NCBI RefSeq assembly: GCF_964355755.1
Contig: NC_092670.1
Coordinates: 14,928,795-14,992,794, forward strand
Direction: 5' to 3'
DNA: 64,000 nucleotides
Source of the DNA: Antedon mediterranea
Taxonomy: Eukaryota > Animalia > Echinodermata
Below, piece by piece: positions 15,401-30,400 of the stretch. The translations under genes and the position numbers were made by a program. The notes under the pieces are model-generated. The model was given only the letters and a program-made list of their open reading frames with translations. It made no database searches and was not told where the DNA came from. Position 1 is the stretch's first letter. Each line of letters starts with the position of its first letter.

Positions 15401-18400
15401 CAAACGTCACCATTAACAGGGTTGAAAGTCGTAAAATATAACATATTATATACAAGCAAAAATCATTAGATAACAAGACAACATTTAAATATTACTGACA
15501 TTAGACAAAACCTTGTGACGGAAACAAGCAAGGGAATCAAAAAAGATATCAACAGATCCATCAATTTTACAAAGTGAGTGGTATAACTTAGGCAAACGAT
15601 TAACAAAACCATTTTGAGTAATATTTACCCTCCCTCTTGATATAGAAAATAAAGCAGGATTACGCAATTGATATTGTGGAACAGAAATAGGAAAGTACGC
15701 TTCAAAATTACCATGGAAAATTGAGTTCACAGCCTTAAAAAGAAAAATTAAATCAAATAACTTACGCCTACCCGCTAAATTAATAAGAACGTCTTTGCTA
15801 ATAGAACCAAATTTACGCACATAAAATCGACAAAACTTGTTCTGTACACTTTGTAATCTAGAAGACTGGGCAAGAGAAATAGAGTTAAAAATAACACTGC
15901 AGAATTCAAGATTCGACCTAACTAAAGATTTGTATAAAATAACTACAGTAATCAGTATGCTTAACTACAGTACAGAACGTATTAGACCTTGACTATATAA
16001 TTGGGCAAGAAATAAAGGATGGGAAATTGCCAGAATATAAGTATTATTATTAATTATTAACTGGACACCAACAAAGTATCCACTTATTAGTGTATCCTAT
16101 AGGATGAATTCTACTGTAGTGTAACACTTCAGTACAGTACAACACAAACTGTTTGAGTTTTGACATTGAAAATATTCAGTTAATAATACAGTTATAATAT
16201 TAAAAGAAATACAGACTAATATTACGTTCAAAAAGGCATAGTATCAAATAACAATACACAATCAAAATAATTTTGTGAATGGTTGACTGATTCAATATTG
16301 ATTTGTATTGATTACAAATCAGTGTACTGTATAGAAGTTACAATAGCAGTAATAACAATAGCTGTGAAACCGTTTCATTTAAAAGGGTCTTTATCATCAA
16401 TGTCATTAACAACAGTTACAATATTTAGGTTATTATACTGTTTACCAAAAAAAAAAAAATTGTGAAAATAATTTATTAGAAAGGTGCTATACTGTGAGGT
16501 ACAGCCCGTATTGCTGTAAAAAAAAACCATTTAGGACCAAATAAAAATGATTAAAATCATGTATTGTACATATTGTACAGTACAACTCACTTTTGACAGA
16601 TGTACAGTTAGACCATAAATAATTCAATCATTTCTATTTACAGTAGTTTCAACGGGGTTTGCTATGTTTGTCTTCCCTGTACTGTACACTAGTTGAGAAA
16701 ATGGTAACCATACTTTCGATTCTATAGGGCGCCCCGCAAACCCCTGCAAACCTAAAAAAAAACATAGCAAACCCCATCGAATCAACATAAAAGTGATTGA
16801 ATCATGTAGTGTACAACCCACTGGGTATATCCATGTAAAAAAAATAATACATTTTTACTGTTAACAAATTATTTTTGGGGTAAAACATCATTTTTTGGTC
16901 AAAAATGATTGCTAATTTTTAACCAAAAAATTATGTTTTATCCCCAAAAATAAGTAGTTAACAGTAGAAATTTAATAATCTATATACCCAGTGGGTCGTA
17001 CACTACAATATTCAATCACTTTTATGTTGGTTCGGTGGGGTTTGCTATGGTTTTTTGGAGGTTTGCGGGGTTTAGCAATCATTTTTGACAAAAAAATGAT
17101 GTTTTACCCCAAAAATAAGTTGTTAACAGTAGAAATTTAATTTGTTTTTACATTGATATACCCAGTGGGTTGTACACTACATGATTCAATCACTTTTATG
17201 TTGGTTCGATGGGGTTTGCTATGTTTTTTTGGAGGTTTGCGGGGGTTTGCGGTGTTTAGCAATACCCTAGGGCGTTTCCATGAGAAATTCTCAAGGTATC
17301 ATAAATTCTACAGTACAGTATACTGTACCTTTCCTGCATTACATTTATAGTTATAGTTTAATACAAAAAGAATTATCACACTTGTTGAGATAATGTTGAC
17401 CGTATTTGGTAAGTCGATTCTATATACTGTAGTAATGGAAGAGAAGGCTATGTTTACACTTAATTCCGATAATGCACATTTTAGTGCGCACATTGTACAT
17501 TGTGTGTAATTATTATTACATTGCAGATCATGGTTTTGGATGCGTTTTCATGTTTTTCCCTCTGGTGGCGGAGGGACGTTTTCAATTGCAATTTTTATTT
17601 ATAATATTATCAATCAGTGACACATGTCATATCAAGACTATTGCATAGGTGGAGTACGATGATTCACATTTTCTCAACAGAAATGAACAGATGGAATACT
17701 GCACTTGAATTATACTATTAAATTTGGATCCACAAAATAGAAATAAATTTAATAAACAAAGTGATTTACTAAAGAAAACCTTTTTACTAGTAATCAAATG
17801 AAATCATTCATGAAAATCTAGTACAGTAGTTCGGTATTTAAGACAACAATACAACTAATATCTAGCTTCATTTGTTAAATCAATAATAAATGCCTGGCCG
17901 GGCACTTAAGATTTCTTCAGTACTACAACAGTGTATTGTATCCAATTATCACTGATTACCAAACTGTGTAAGTAACATTTAACAAAATTGTATTTCCCTT
18001 GATGAGTTCTCCAAGATGATGGTTCCTAATTAATTTGTTTTTTATCCAATGCATAATGTATGTAGGCCCAATTAATTTGAACAGCACATCAGATACCAAT
18101 GCAAACGAGTATGACTCATTGAGTGGGCAGAACCTATTATTGGTATAGTACTAAAGTCTGTAGTTGAAGGCTTTTTCAGAGGGGATATTAATATTACTGT
18201 AGGCCTATATTTTTATCAATTTTAAAGGACAGTTATTCCACCTAACCACATAGGCCTGCAGACTTTATTCTTCATGTATCTTTAAAGACCCCTTCCCTGC
18301 AATTTTGGACGTTTTTTGGAAAATAATACATATATATCACTTTAAAAACATTAAACCATGTCATTCCTTGTCTTATTAAATGCACGTTTATGGTAAATTA

Positions 18401-21400
18401 TGATAAAAAGTGAGAAACAATGCACTACCTTCTAAGTAGCTCGCGGCGATCGACCTCTCGTAGACGGTCTTAGGCCTAGCCTAGCTAGGCTTAGTTTTGT
18501 AGGCCTAGCTGGTAAACATCGGTAACGTACGAACATCGTACGCTAGCTATATACCTAGCCTGACGTTGTATAGTTGCTTCATTAATTGTCTTTCTATTTT
18601 TGCCAGACTCCGTTGATACAAATTGGGGAAAACCCGATATTTTCGCTGAAAAGTTAGGAGTCTTCCATTTGTTTTGGCCTCACGATCGATCGAAAAGTGG
18701 GCGAATTACAGGTGAAAAACAAAAATATCAATCCGCGCGCAATGCATTTTGGGATTTATAGCGGGCCGCTATAATTATTAGAATCGACTTATTTTTCACA
18801 TTTTTAACCGTTTAAAGACGAAAAAAGGACCATATAGTATTATTTTTACATTAAATATAGTTTGTGATCTTAAATTAGATCTAAAAAACGTAGGGAATGG
18901 GGCTTTAACATTACTAAAGTACAACTGAAAACTGGCATTTAGGCCTACCTGTATTGACAAATATGTTGATATAATTTCATCGGTATAAAAAATATACACT
19001 ACAATCAATCAATACAATATAAACCATTACATAGAATGTCATAGGATCTGGTAGTACCTCACCCCTGAGATAGTGGGTAAGGTTTGTCAACCCTAAGTTT
19101 AGAACTTTACTATAAAGTATAATACAACTAATTTATCTAAAATAAACTGTAGCCTGCTGTATATCATTCAATTAAAATAAAAATGCATGTTATTAATTAG
19201 TTGCTCAATGGAGCAAAATATACAGGTAGGTATCTAGTATATTATGCACTAGGCCAGGTTTTTAGATTAATTATTATAGTTTTGAAAAGCATAATTAATA
19301 ATATTGAATAATATTCTAACACTAAACAGATGTCATTTTTGATATTTTCATATGAATGAATGACCTTAAATTCTGTTTTCAATCAAAACAACCTGTACTG
19401 TAACAACTGCAATACATAAAGTTTAATGCTAAAAAAGGGTTAATGGATATAATCAATGATATTGTGTATTTGTAGGCCTAATCAACTTACATGATGGATG
19501 ACTGCAGCCTAGCTAGCAGCAGAAGCAGTATCATCAGACCCTACTACAGTGTGACACAAGTAAGTAGAAACAAGGTTTTGGTTCCTTATAAACTCCAACG
19601 CCTGTAAAAGTATATGTTAATGTGTATTCCTTTCTAGGCCTAGGTTGTCTCATGTGTTAATATCTACAGTACTACCAACACCAAGGCCATATATAACTGT
19701 TTATGAATGCCTGTTAGGCTGATGATGTGTGGCAAAATAGCCTGTTGTTATGCTAATTCAAACTGACACAGGCTGGCTCACAAACCACCAGCATACAAAA
19801 TCTCATGTTAGCTAAATGGAAGGAACCATTATTCTAGTGGGTGAAATTAATATTATTTTGATTTTAAACTATTTTCATTGTTGAATAATGGAAGGTTAAT
19901 CTAAAGACAATAAAGTTATGTATGGTATCTGTAAGTAATACTGTTTTATAAAAGAAAGCCCTACTAAAGAAACATTTTCTAGTGTTGGTTATTTATCATC
20001 AATACCCTTTCTTATAAATGGAACACAACCCTCCAATATTCTCTAGTATGACATCATAATCAGTGTAGGCCTGGGTACTGATTTTAAAACCGGCTTTCTA
20101 CTGATTAACTGATAAGAACAGTGGCCATGTACACATAATATTTATAACATTTCATTTCAGTTACAACTTAATTGGTTTTGACCTACGTTACAACAATTCA
20201 AATATAGCACAACAAGTGTCCAATGAATTGATGGCATAATAACTGTACATTTATGTCCCTCCAAAGACGTGTCCTCTAAGGAAAGGGAGGTGCATCGCTA
20301 CTTTTTAGCAGAAATCTTTGCAATGAATCTATAAAAGCACTGCACAAACGTTTTTTTATTCCATAAACCTATGCATTTTACAGTGAGCAACTCGCTAATT
20401 ACACAGGATGGATATACTATTTTAGAAGTTATCATGCTAATATAAACTGAGTTGAGGCTCAGGGAGAAAGAAAGAGTTGAAAGAATCTTGGGTTACAAGT
20501 TCGTAATATGACATGTGGTAATAGACATTTGTGGATGAATATCAAATTTGGAGAATAACTTTAAAAACAGATAATGTTTATTGGCTATGATTTAAACATG
20601 AACACCTATAATAACTGATGGGCACTTCCTTTTAATGTGGTAAACTAGTGTATTTATTTTATGATTGGCAGTTAATCTATAACAAATCTCGAAACAGTTC
20701 ATGTAAAATAATATATAAATAAAAGAATTATCTTCACGTACACATACAATCTATTTACAAATGTTATCTGTGGAATCTGTTGGCATTTGTATAAATTTGA
20801 TATTACTGTTTAGTAAATGATTTACAGTACCATACTGATCAGAAATGGTGATAACATGAATATGCAAATATTACCTGCAGTATATGTCAAGCTATTTGGG
20901 TCTATTTACTTGAAAGTTCTAAAAATCTATTAAATTATGCAAAGCATTTACAAGGAGAAATATTTGGAAACTATATGTTCTACAAGAATATTTTTCAGAC
21001 AATTTATCCAGAAATGTTGGGGACAGGAGAACCCAGTAGCTAAAAAAACAATTAATAGTGTAACATAGCGAACAAACCGTTAAACACTGATTAACTAGAA
21101 AGCATACCTCCGCCTACTGTAAAATTCTCCTACATAAGATTTCTCCGGTAAAAAATATATATATATATATATTTGTGTGTGTCTTAATGCTGTTTGTGAT
21201 TGAGGCTAATTTCACTACAAGCATGTGCATGCGAGTTTGGCGTAATGATTATGTAACAAGTAAGTAACAATGAGCTTCAGTTGACTAACAATAGAATAGC
21301 AACGCGAAAATCAAACGAGTGAATTTGAAAATAGGTTTTTTAAACTACTCGCATCAAAAAACATGCACATTAAATCAAATTATGTTTTAAAATTACAAAT

Positions 21401-24400
21401 CACAAATTATAACTCTTGCCTCTTGTACAAAATTTAAGTTTTTTGGACAAGTAGTTCTTGAGAAAATGCAATTTCAGTTTACTTGTTACCCTAAAACTGC
21501 TCGCCGGCTTTTGAAAAATTCTGTCCTATCTTTTAACACTAGCAGGTCTAAAAGTATACTCAAAAGTGGTCAAGAATTGTGCCTTAATGGAATGGGCCTT
21601 GACCACATATCTATCTGTATATTCATTTTGGTAAGATCTTGTAATTACTTTTTGAGTAATCCTGCTAACAAACAAACAAACAAACACACTCTACTGATTA
21701 CATATGCCTCCATGGCGGAGGTAAATAACTATTAACAACTAAATAAATACATAAATAACATTCAGATGGTCGATCAAAATGTGTTTAGTTTATAACCGAT
21801 AAAACAAATGTCCAGATTGTGCACACTACTAAATCTGACACTGTAATTATTAAGTTTATTTTCAGTAATTTCATTTAATAAAAATAAAATAAGAAACAAA
21901 TATAAAAAAAAACATTGTTTTATTTGTAGTAGCTATAAGATAAATCTAGCAATTTTGAAAATGTTTATTTGTGATGATAAATTGATATTGACCAACGGAA
22001 ATCCCATAAAGTGACCTTTAGGGCGGATATTTTGAGATTAAGTTCAGGAGATAGAGGGCATAAAGATACACCATATGACTATAAAAGTTGAAACTGTCAC
22101 AGATTATAGGATTTGCAGCTAAATATAGACATATGTTTGACCTTCACCTTTCTACATTTTTCTGCATATTAATTGTTAAATTGTTGAATTAAAGAGGAAT
22201 ATTCTATATATATTTTTTCCAAGGTAAATATTTATGTAATAATTTTTTTATATCCCTTTTTATTGCTTTTTCAATCAAACATGGTTCAAATAATATTGGT
22301 AAATGTATATAACTCATAAAAAAGGTATCTACTATGCAACAAAATATATATTAACCAAAAGGAATGTTATATTAAAAATATACTGTATTAAACATATAAA
22401 TATAATAATTTGCACTGATGAAGAGCTTGTGTTGTTAATTTTTCTGGCTGTTTTACTTTATCGTTTTGATTTAGCTTTTTGTTTATTTCATTTTGTATCT
22501 CCATTGAGATCAAGTCACTGATTCCCACAGCATTATCATTTTTTGCAGTAATTTGGATTTATATAAATATAATAAAATACTTCAAGGATGTTACTTTCAT
22601 ATCCAGAATTGAAATGTTGTTTAAACAGTGCTTACTATTAGCTAACTGATTTATCAAACATGAGAATATTATAGTTTACACACATGATGGAATTACATTT
22701 TTTTGTCAAAATCAAAATAGTTGATAGTCAAAAAATTTGAGGGCGTGAAGACCTAATAATTAAGTTGCTTTTGTTGTTGAACTGCTCCATCTATAGAACC
22801 GGAATTGAATATTGAAGAAAGATGCACATTATTGTAGTGATGTCTAAAATCCTAAACTCAATTAGGCTCACTAATCAACATTAACATATTGGAAAGTGTC
22901 TAATCAATACACAATAGCTACTATAGAAGTGCTGCCAATATCTGTAAGGTCGATCATTTTCTAATTGTGAAGCAGAATTTGTCATGAAATTTCACAAGCA
23001 CAGTATATCAATAGCTTCATAATTTAGTATAAAGTCAATAAGTAATTATACAGTTATAAAATAAACATTTGAAAATAAAATAGTGACCTTCAGTGACCTC
23101 TCTCTATAGTGTACACATCTATACAAATTAGTTTCACTGTATTATTAATGCTTATAACAAGACCATATCCCATCACACATTAATATCCTTATTATCTAAG
23201 GCGGGCTTATTCCTGAGCCAGCTTGATAGTGGAAGAATATTGTAAAAGCATGCATTAATGTATCTCTAGTCTGATATATTAATATAAATTAACTTAAAAT
23301 GATCATATTTTGATGTTCAAAATGTTCAAAAGTTCACCTCACCCTTTCGAACAGTCTCCATTAGCCAGTGAGTGGGTTCCCTCTCTTATATAAAACAAAT
23401 CCCTTCTCAAAATCTTGTCTATGTAAATAAATTTTTTAATTTCAATTTCGTGTAAAAAATAGTTTCAACTTACAATTACTTTCCAGTAACTCTGTTTCAT
23501 GCTCCATTTTAATCTTATCAAATTTCTCATTCCATTCTCTGTCAAGCTCTGATAGAACTGTTCGATGTACGTCCATAAGTTGATTTCTCACATCGTCAAT
23601 CGCGATTTCTTTCTCATTTTGGAACTCAGCTCGCATCATTTTAATCTTTGTCTGGTGCTGTTCTTCTATCTTTTCCAACTCAAGTTTAAGAGCATTCTGA
23701 ATTTAAAGAAAAGAGGTAAAAATATAACATTTTTCCAAGCATGACAGCTACCATATCTTAAATCTAAATAGCATCTTAAATCTTAAGCTCTGTCTACAAT
23801 AGCAAAGTTTATGTGACAAAAAAATGTGACAAGAAAATAGAAATACAAAACAAATATCATTGACACTTTTCAAGCTAGAAAAACAATTTGTTGCAGACCA
23901 TATCCAAACTGATTTGTTTGTGATGTATCGAGAGTGTCCCCGATTGCAACAATATGCGATTATATGGAATTACTGTGCTAGAGTTTGCAACGAGTAATCC
24001 CGTGGTTCAAAGCCTTTTGTGCACAAAGTGATGCCTTATAGTGGCCGAGTAGTATCTATTTACCAATTCCTTACCTTATGAGCTTGATGAATCTCTTCCT
24101 TCTCTATCTCAAAGGCACCTTCCATTTTCTGTTTGACCTCATCAAAGAGAACTTGATGGTAGGAGTCTAGTTGACCCCTTAAGTTAAGCATATCCTCTTC
24201 ATGTTGTTGCTCCCACTCATCTCGCTCTCGATCACGTTCCCGCTCATGGACTTCTTTCACAGTGGCTACCTGCACCTTTCTTTCGTTCTCTAGCTTCTCC
24301 TTCAAGGTAGCAACCTCACTTTCATAAGAGGATTTTAATTCATCGATCTATATATTGAGAAAGAATGAACATATAAATTGTATATGCTTTTGCACTTTTT

Positions 24401-27400
24401 AATAATTTTGTTATGAGTTTTGTTATGTATGGTGAATTTCTATTATTATTATTTGTTGTTATTTATTATTATTCTAATTATGAATGTATTAATTTTAATG
24501 TGCATATCAAGGATCAGCAATCTGTTGAGGATCCCAATATACTGACCAGTTGAGTTTAAATTGTTGGTTCTTATGGTGGCACACACAAGAAATAACTGGT
24601 TCTATGAATAGGGTTGTTTTGTATAACGAGTAATTTTGTATGTATTGTGATTGGTTCATGTGACTACTCTAACGAAAATATACAAAGTAAAATGAAATAT
24701 GAACCAACATGAACACCAAAAAAGTCTACCAAAGGTGGAAACACAAAACATAGACCCAATAACTACTACTATATTATTCACACAAACAACACATCTAATT
24801 AACGTGAACGAATGTTACATCTACCACAAGAGGGTGCTATACCTATTTGCTTTAAAAAAAAAAATGTTATCAAATAACGTCAGATTGCCATTTGGTATAG
24901 TTAAACTGTACTCGGAACCATTTAAATGGTTTCAAATACATCATTGTTTTCTTGCGTTCTAGCCTAACTGATGTAAAAAATAGCACATATTTTATGTTAT
25001 TTGCCATATGTGCAATGCAGCTCCTGTGCTTGTTGTATTCTATAATCAAGTGCTATCAATAACTACCAACGCATTTTGAGGGTTTTTGAAAATTACAGGG
25101 GTTTTCGGACTATAAAGGGGTTTCAGACTCTACAGGGGATGCAGACACATTAAAAATAAAATACCAATTAGATGAATCGCACACCAAATGGAAAAAAAGT
25201 GTTGATGTAGAAATAATTTTAGAATAATCTAAAGAATTGAACACTAAACTTATCAATCATTGCCATAGTGCAACCAATTAAGAAGTATGTGGGTGACATC
25301 CATATCAAAGTGATGATGGTATAAATGGTGGGAAGATGTTGATGAAAAGATAATAGTGATAACATGATATTATGATGGCAACATTGATGATCATAAGGCA
25401 CTGGTGATGATGATTGTGTTATTGATGATGATGTAAATGATAAGATGTATTTATAAATAAGATGAAAAGATTGTCATGATAATGGGAATATAATGTTGAT
25501 AAGTATATAATTGATATCATTGATGATTTGACCATATCTAAATCAACAACGCACAACTAAAACATTTAAAACTGAACCAATAAGAATTTCTAAGAATAAA
25601 AATAAAACAATAATCCATATTAAGACAAACCATCACCACTAACCAACTAATTCAATAAAATGCAATAATTCTTATCCACTAAAAAACACATTTTAAATAA
25701 ATTATATTACAATATAGGAATCTGTTGAAAATATACACCCTGTAAGAAATCTTTTAAAAAAAAACAATGTCTGGGTCAAGGGTCAAATACAAATACTGCA
25801 AAAAGAAAGGCACGTAGACGATTCATTTCACAGAATTATCATTTAATAATATTCTTCCTTCTTTCATGCATATCTGGCATTATAAACAATACGGTGGTTT
25901 AGTATATGATGTTATGTTGTATTATTTCTCAAGTATTGGTCTTTGCCAAATGCTTATTCTAAATTAAACTACATTTGAGAATTAGAACCAAATATTTTAT
26001 ATGTATCGGAAATTATTGGATACAAAATGAACATTTAAATAAATAATTAAAAATAATTTAGTTTTCTCAACAATTTCTTTACAAATGAAATATAATTAAT
26101 TTTTATTAAAATTTGTTTCATTTTATTTCAATTACTATTAATTTCTAAAATAAATAATTATATAAATTTCCAAAAATCAAAACAAAATTATTTAAATTTA
26201 TTTCAAACAAATAATTTAATTTTTTTATTAACCAATAATTTCCAACTCTTTTATTAATATTGTGTATTTTTTTAAACATAATCATCATATGCACACGTTT
26301 TTTTTCAATGCATTAGTTAAATTATACATTTGTTTTTCACACAGTACTGTAATGAATGAAATCATGCAATAGTTTGTTTCAAGAATTAACATAAGCAAAT
26401 GTAAGTTAAATTTTTAATTTCCTAATAATTCCTCAATGCCTATTATTATACTATCTCTGCTATGTTATTATATTGATAATTACATTATTAATCATTTTTA
26501 ATGATTTTTATGAAAGAGGATGCATAATAAATTGTAGGAAATGTTTCCTTTAAAAACTATATTTTTAAATATTTGTAAGCACCGTATATTAATATTTACA
26601 ACTATACTTCTTAAGCTGTTAATTTTAAAGATGGAAGATAATAATAGGAGAGTGTACTTTAGTATAATATATACATCAGTCTTGAAATATAAACATTTAT
26701 ACAACTTTTAACTTCATAGAAATACTGAACGTTTGTAGTTAAGCGTCCACCACTAGGAACCTGGTTAACTTATATACCTTGTTAACATGCAAATTAAATT
26801 GTCATTTTAGATTATGTTCAGCATATGTGTAGTGTACATGAGCTTTATAAAGATGAACATAATTGAACTATTTTCTTAGCTTTATGGCGACTGTGTACTT
26901 TCTCATTGTATAGAATGAAAGTAATGAATGGGTTAGTAAATGATGAATTAGTACCACACTTTCGTAAACATTCAACAACAACAATTTTGAATTATTCTGC
27001 AACAGAGTTCAAACAGCTATTTTACAAAGGTAAATAAAGTCAGCCAAAGCAAGTACTGTATCTGTTTACAAAAGTGTTTTAAGATTCCGAAACAATTTTT
27101 AAAAAGGCATGTATAATGGCTTATTGTTAGAAATGCAAAAAACATAAAAAATCATTAAATAATAATATTAGTGCACAGAAAACTTGAATGTAAAAACAAA
27201 TGTTAGTCTTTTAGTAATAGCATTTTAAACATGAAAAAAAGTTCACTGGACAAAATTACACATTTACATTTTGTTTAACCCTGTAAAGAAAATATGCAAT
27301 TTTGCCCTCTAAACTAATTGTTAGTAACAGATAAATAATAATAAATTATAAAAACAAGATCACAATAAATTAATGCTATGCAAATGGATTTGGAAATAAA

Positions 27401-30400
27401 TTTATATTAATTTAGATTAAATAATAATAAAAAGTTACTGTATAAGCGTATTCAACTAGTGACCCACTTTCACTGCTCACATGTAAACAACACAGAGTTT
27501 GAGGAGCTAGATCTGACAATTATCAGCTCAGCAAAGTTGAATAATGTCTGGATCAAATTGTTTGAAATAAATGATTAATTTAATTTCCGTTTCAACTTAA
27601 TAATTGAGACCTTGTAACAAACTGTGTTAGTAAAGCCATAAAACATTACAGTATAAGACCAAGTGTAGTCCCTGAATGTGAAATTTGGCCAAAAAAAATA
27701 AGATTATACTTAAATTGCGTTAACAATACATTTTCTATCAGACTTTAGCCCACAGTAAGGAGTGGGATTATATTTGAGCATGGGATTATACTTGGTCATC
27801 TACAGTTCCTCCTTTACATAAAATGTGTGATGTGCCCAAATATGGTGGTAATATGACATCATCATGTCCATATACGGGCACATCACATACAGTATTAGTG
27901 CAGATAAATTTTATAATTGAGATCTAATTTTTTTTAATTTGAGAAGAATGATTAGTAAAATTGTATCACATAAAACACAAATTAAAATACACTTTAAATA
28001 AGACAAGACAATAATTGGGGTAGAGCATATCTTGCATCGGCACCTTGACCCAGACAATTGGTACATTGGTCAATGTTGTAAAGAAAGACATGGTAAAATA
28101 TATCTAAATTTAAGGTAAAAGTTCAATGACCGACTTATTTCAGGTGTACTAAATAAATACAGAAGCTATAACCAGACATATCATATTATTACTAGAATAA
28201 ACTGGAAAAATTATGATGAATATCAATATCCATGTTAACTTAGTACCACAGGTTATTGTAGCTCTACTGCTTCCAGCCACTAAATTGATGTGTCGTACAA
28301 TCTGACAGTTAAGCAACACATCATTTCTAAGCCGTACTAAAAGATTGTAATCTTAGATTTATGTGGGATTATACTGTTCTCAAGATTCTCTTTAATAGTC
28401 ACACTTGAGATATTTCTGTTATGCTTGCCTAGAGTTTCAAATGTCATTTTACATCAACTATGTATGATTGTAACTGAAGGAATTTGGTTAATGTGACCAG
28501 GAATAAGATAATGTTATGTGCCTTTAATATTTAATAATAATTTGTGAACAGTTGATATTAAACAGGGTTGATGATGATAATGATTGATGTTGTGCTATAG
28601 AGATAATGACATCATCATTTGATAAAGACAGATTCAAGATCAATTTACAGATTGTGGTAGTAAAACACTGAATAATCAAATACTATAATGAGTTGCATTT
28701 TTGTGGTGTTTGGATTGAAAAAAATTAATTAAAAAATTGCCCTAAAATATTAATAAAATATCTCTTTGCTACAAAATATAGAATAGACAAATATGCTGAC
28801 AAGCAACAACTGTGTTGAGCATCGAGAGAAGAAGCATTATACAGTAAGGAAACATATTCCTTTCTAAAGCACAGTTCACTAAAGTTGTACTCTATTGGTT
28901 GGCAATTTTAAAATAATTAACATTTTGACTTGCTAGCTATGCAAGAAATTATTATATTTAATTTATAATTTTATTATTTATTAAAAATTTTAATTACTGT
29001 ATGTATATTGAGTTAATATTGACACACTTTCTCAGGAATAAAAAATGTTTTCCTTCCTAAACGAATTGTAAGTATCAACAGTACTTTTTTTTAAACAAAA
29101 AGGGAAATTTCTTTTCCTAAAAATAAGAAATTTCTTTTTAAATATTTTTATACATAACAAATTTCCTTTCCACATTTTTGGTTTAAATTTCAATATTTTC
29201 TTTTACATAAATAATCAAATTTCCAAAAGAGAAATAACACAACAAAGAAATCATTTTCTGCCAAAAATAACCAGTATCTACAGTGTATGTATCCTTCTCT
29301 CACACTGTATCATGACTAATCAACAAATTGGTCTAATACATATTATCACTAACATATAATTTAGAATAACAAATTTCAAACAAGTTAAGCAAACTATATT
29401 TCATAAATCTATACTTGTATTTTATAGATGAATTAAATTTCAGCTCTAAGGTCAATATTTTAAATTATCTATACATGAATGGATACCTAATGAATTACAC
29501 AATTTCAAAAACATGTGTTTTATGATGGAACGCCACAATATCGGGAATACATTTTGAAAAATGTAATGAGTTATATAGGTAGGCTAGGTCAATTAATATT
29601 TTTGGTATATTAATATTTTTAATATATTAATCTTTAATGTTAGTTAAAAAAAAAATAACAATAAAGGAAATAAAATAGCACCATAGTATTTTTTCGAAAT
29701 GGAGGGAGTCTAACTCTAAATGTGTTTGGATTGAAAATTAAATTCACAATATCAACCTGAGATTTGTTTTTAAAACCTACTTTAAAGAGTTGACTTAACT
29801 AGTGTATTAATTAGAAAGAATACCAATGAACCTGAGATTGATGTTTGATCTTCAATAAAGAGATATCTGCCAAATGCTGGTTGGAATTCTTCCTTTCTCT
29901 AGAATTATACTCTTCATCCATATCCATTTTAAGTCTGGTAATAGCTTCGGCATGATGTCTCTCCACATCTGAACGCATCTTTTCTAACCTCTGCAGATTC
30001 TGCTGGTGGAGGTCGGTCCTCAGAGAAGTGAATTCACTCTGATGTTGTTCCTGCATCTTATTCTGTTTGTTTCTAAACTCAAGTTGTCTCTCCTTCAAAT
30101 CCACTTCCCAACGCCGCAACTGAAGATCTTTGTTTTTTAGTTCTTTCTCTAACTGTAATTTCTCTGAAAGCAAGTCCTCCTCTCTTTCATGTAATTTCCC
30201 TTCGATATCTCGCAGTTCACATTCCAATGAACGTTTTTGTTTTGAAAGTTCTTGTTCTAATAAATCTTTCTCACTTAATAGATCTTCTAATTTTTGTTGT
30301 TCATGAATCTGTCTTTGAAGTTCTAATCGTTCTCTAAGCAACTGATCCTCAACAGACTCTTTCTCCTCAAGCTTTTCTAAAAGCATATCCTTCTCTCTTT

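Noticed and set aside
19476-19601. Exon-like segment with splice signals on both strands in the long AKAP9 intron
   Set aside because: The minus-strand 111-nt version has stops in all frames, and the plus-strand version gives only ~24 codons. The flanking AKAP9 exons already join in phase, so it is unsupported without RNA data.
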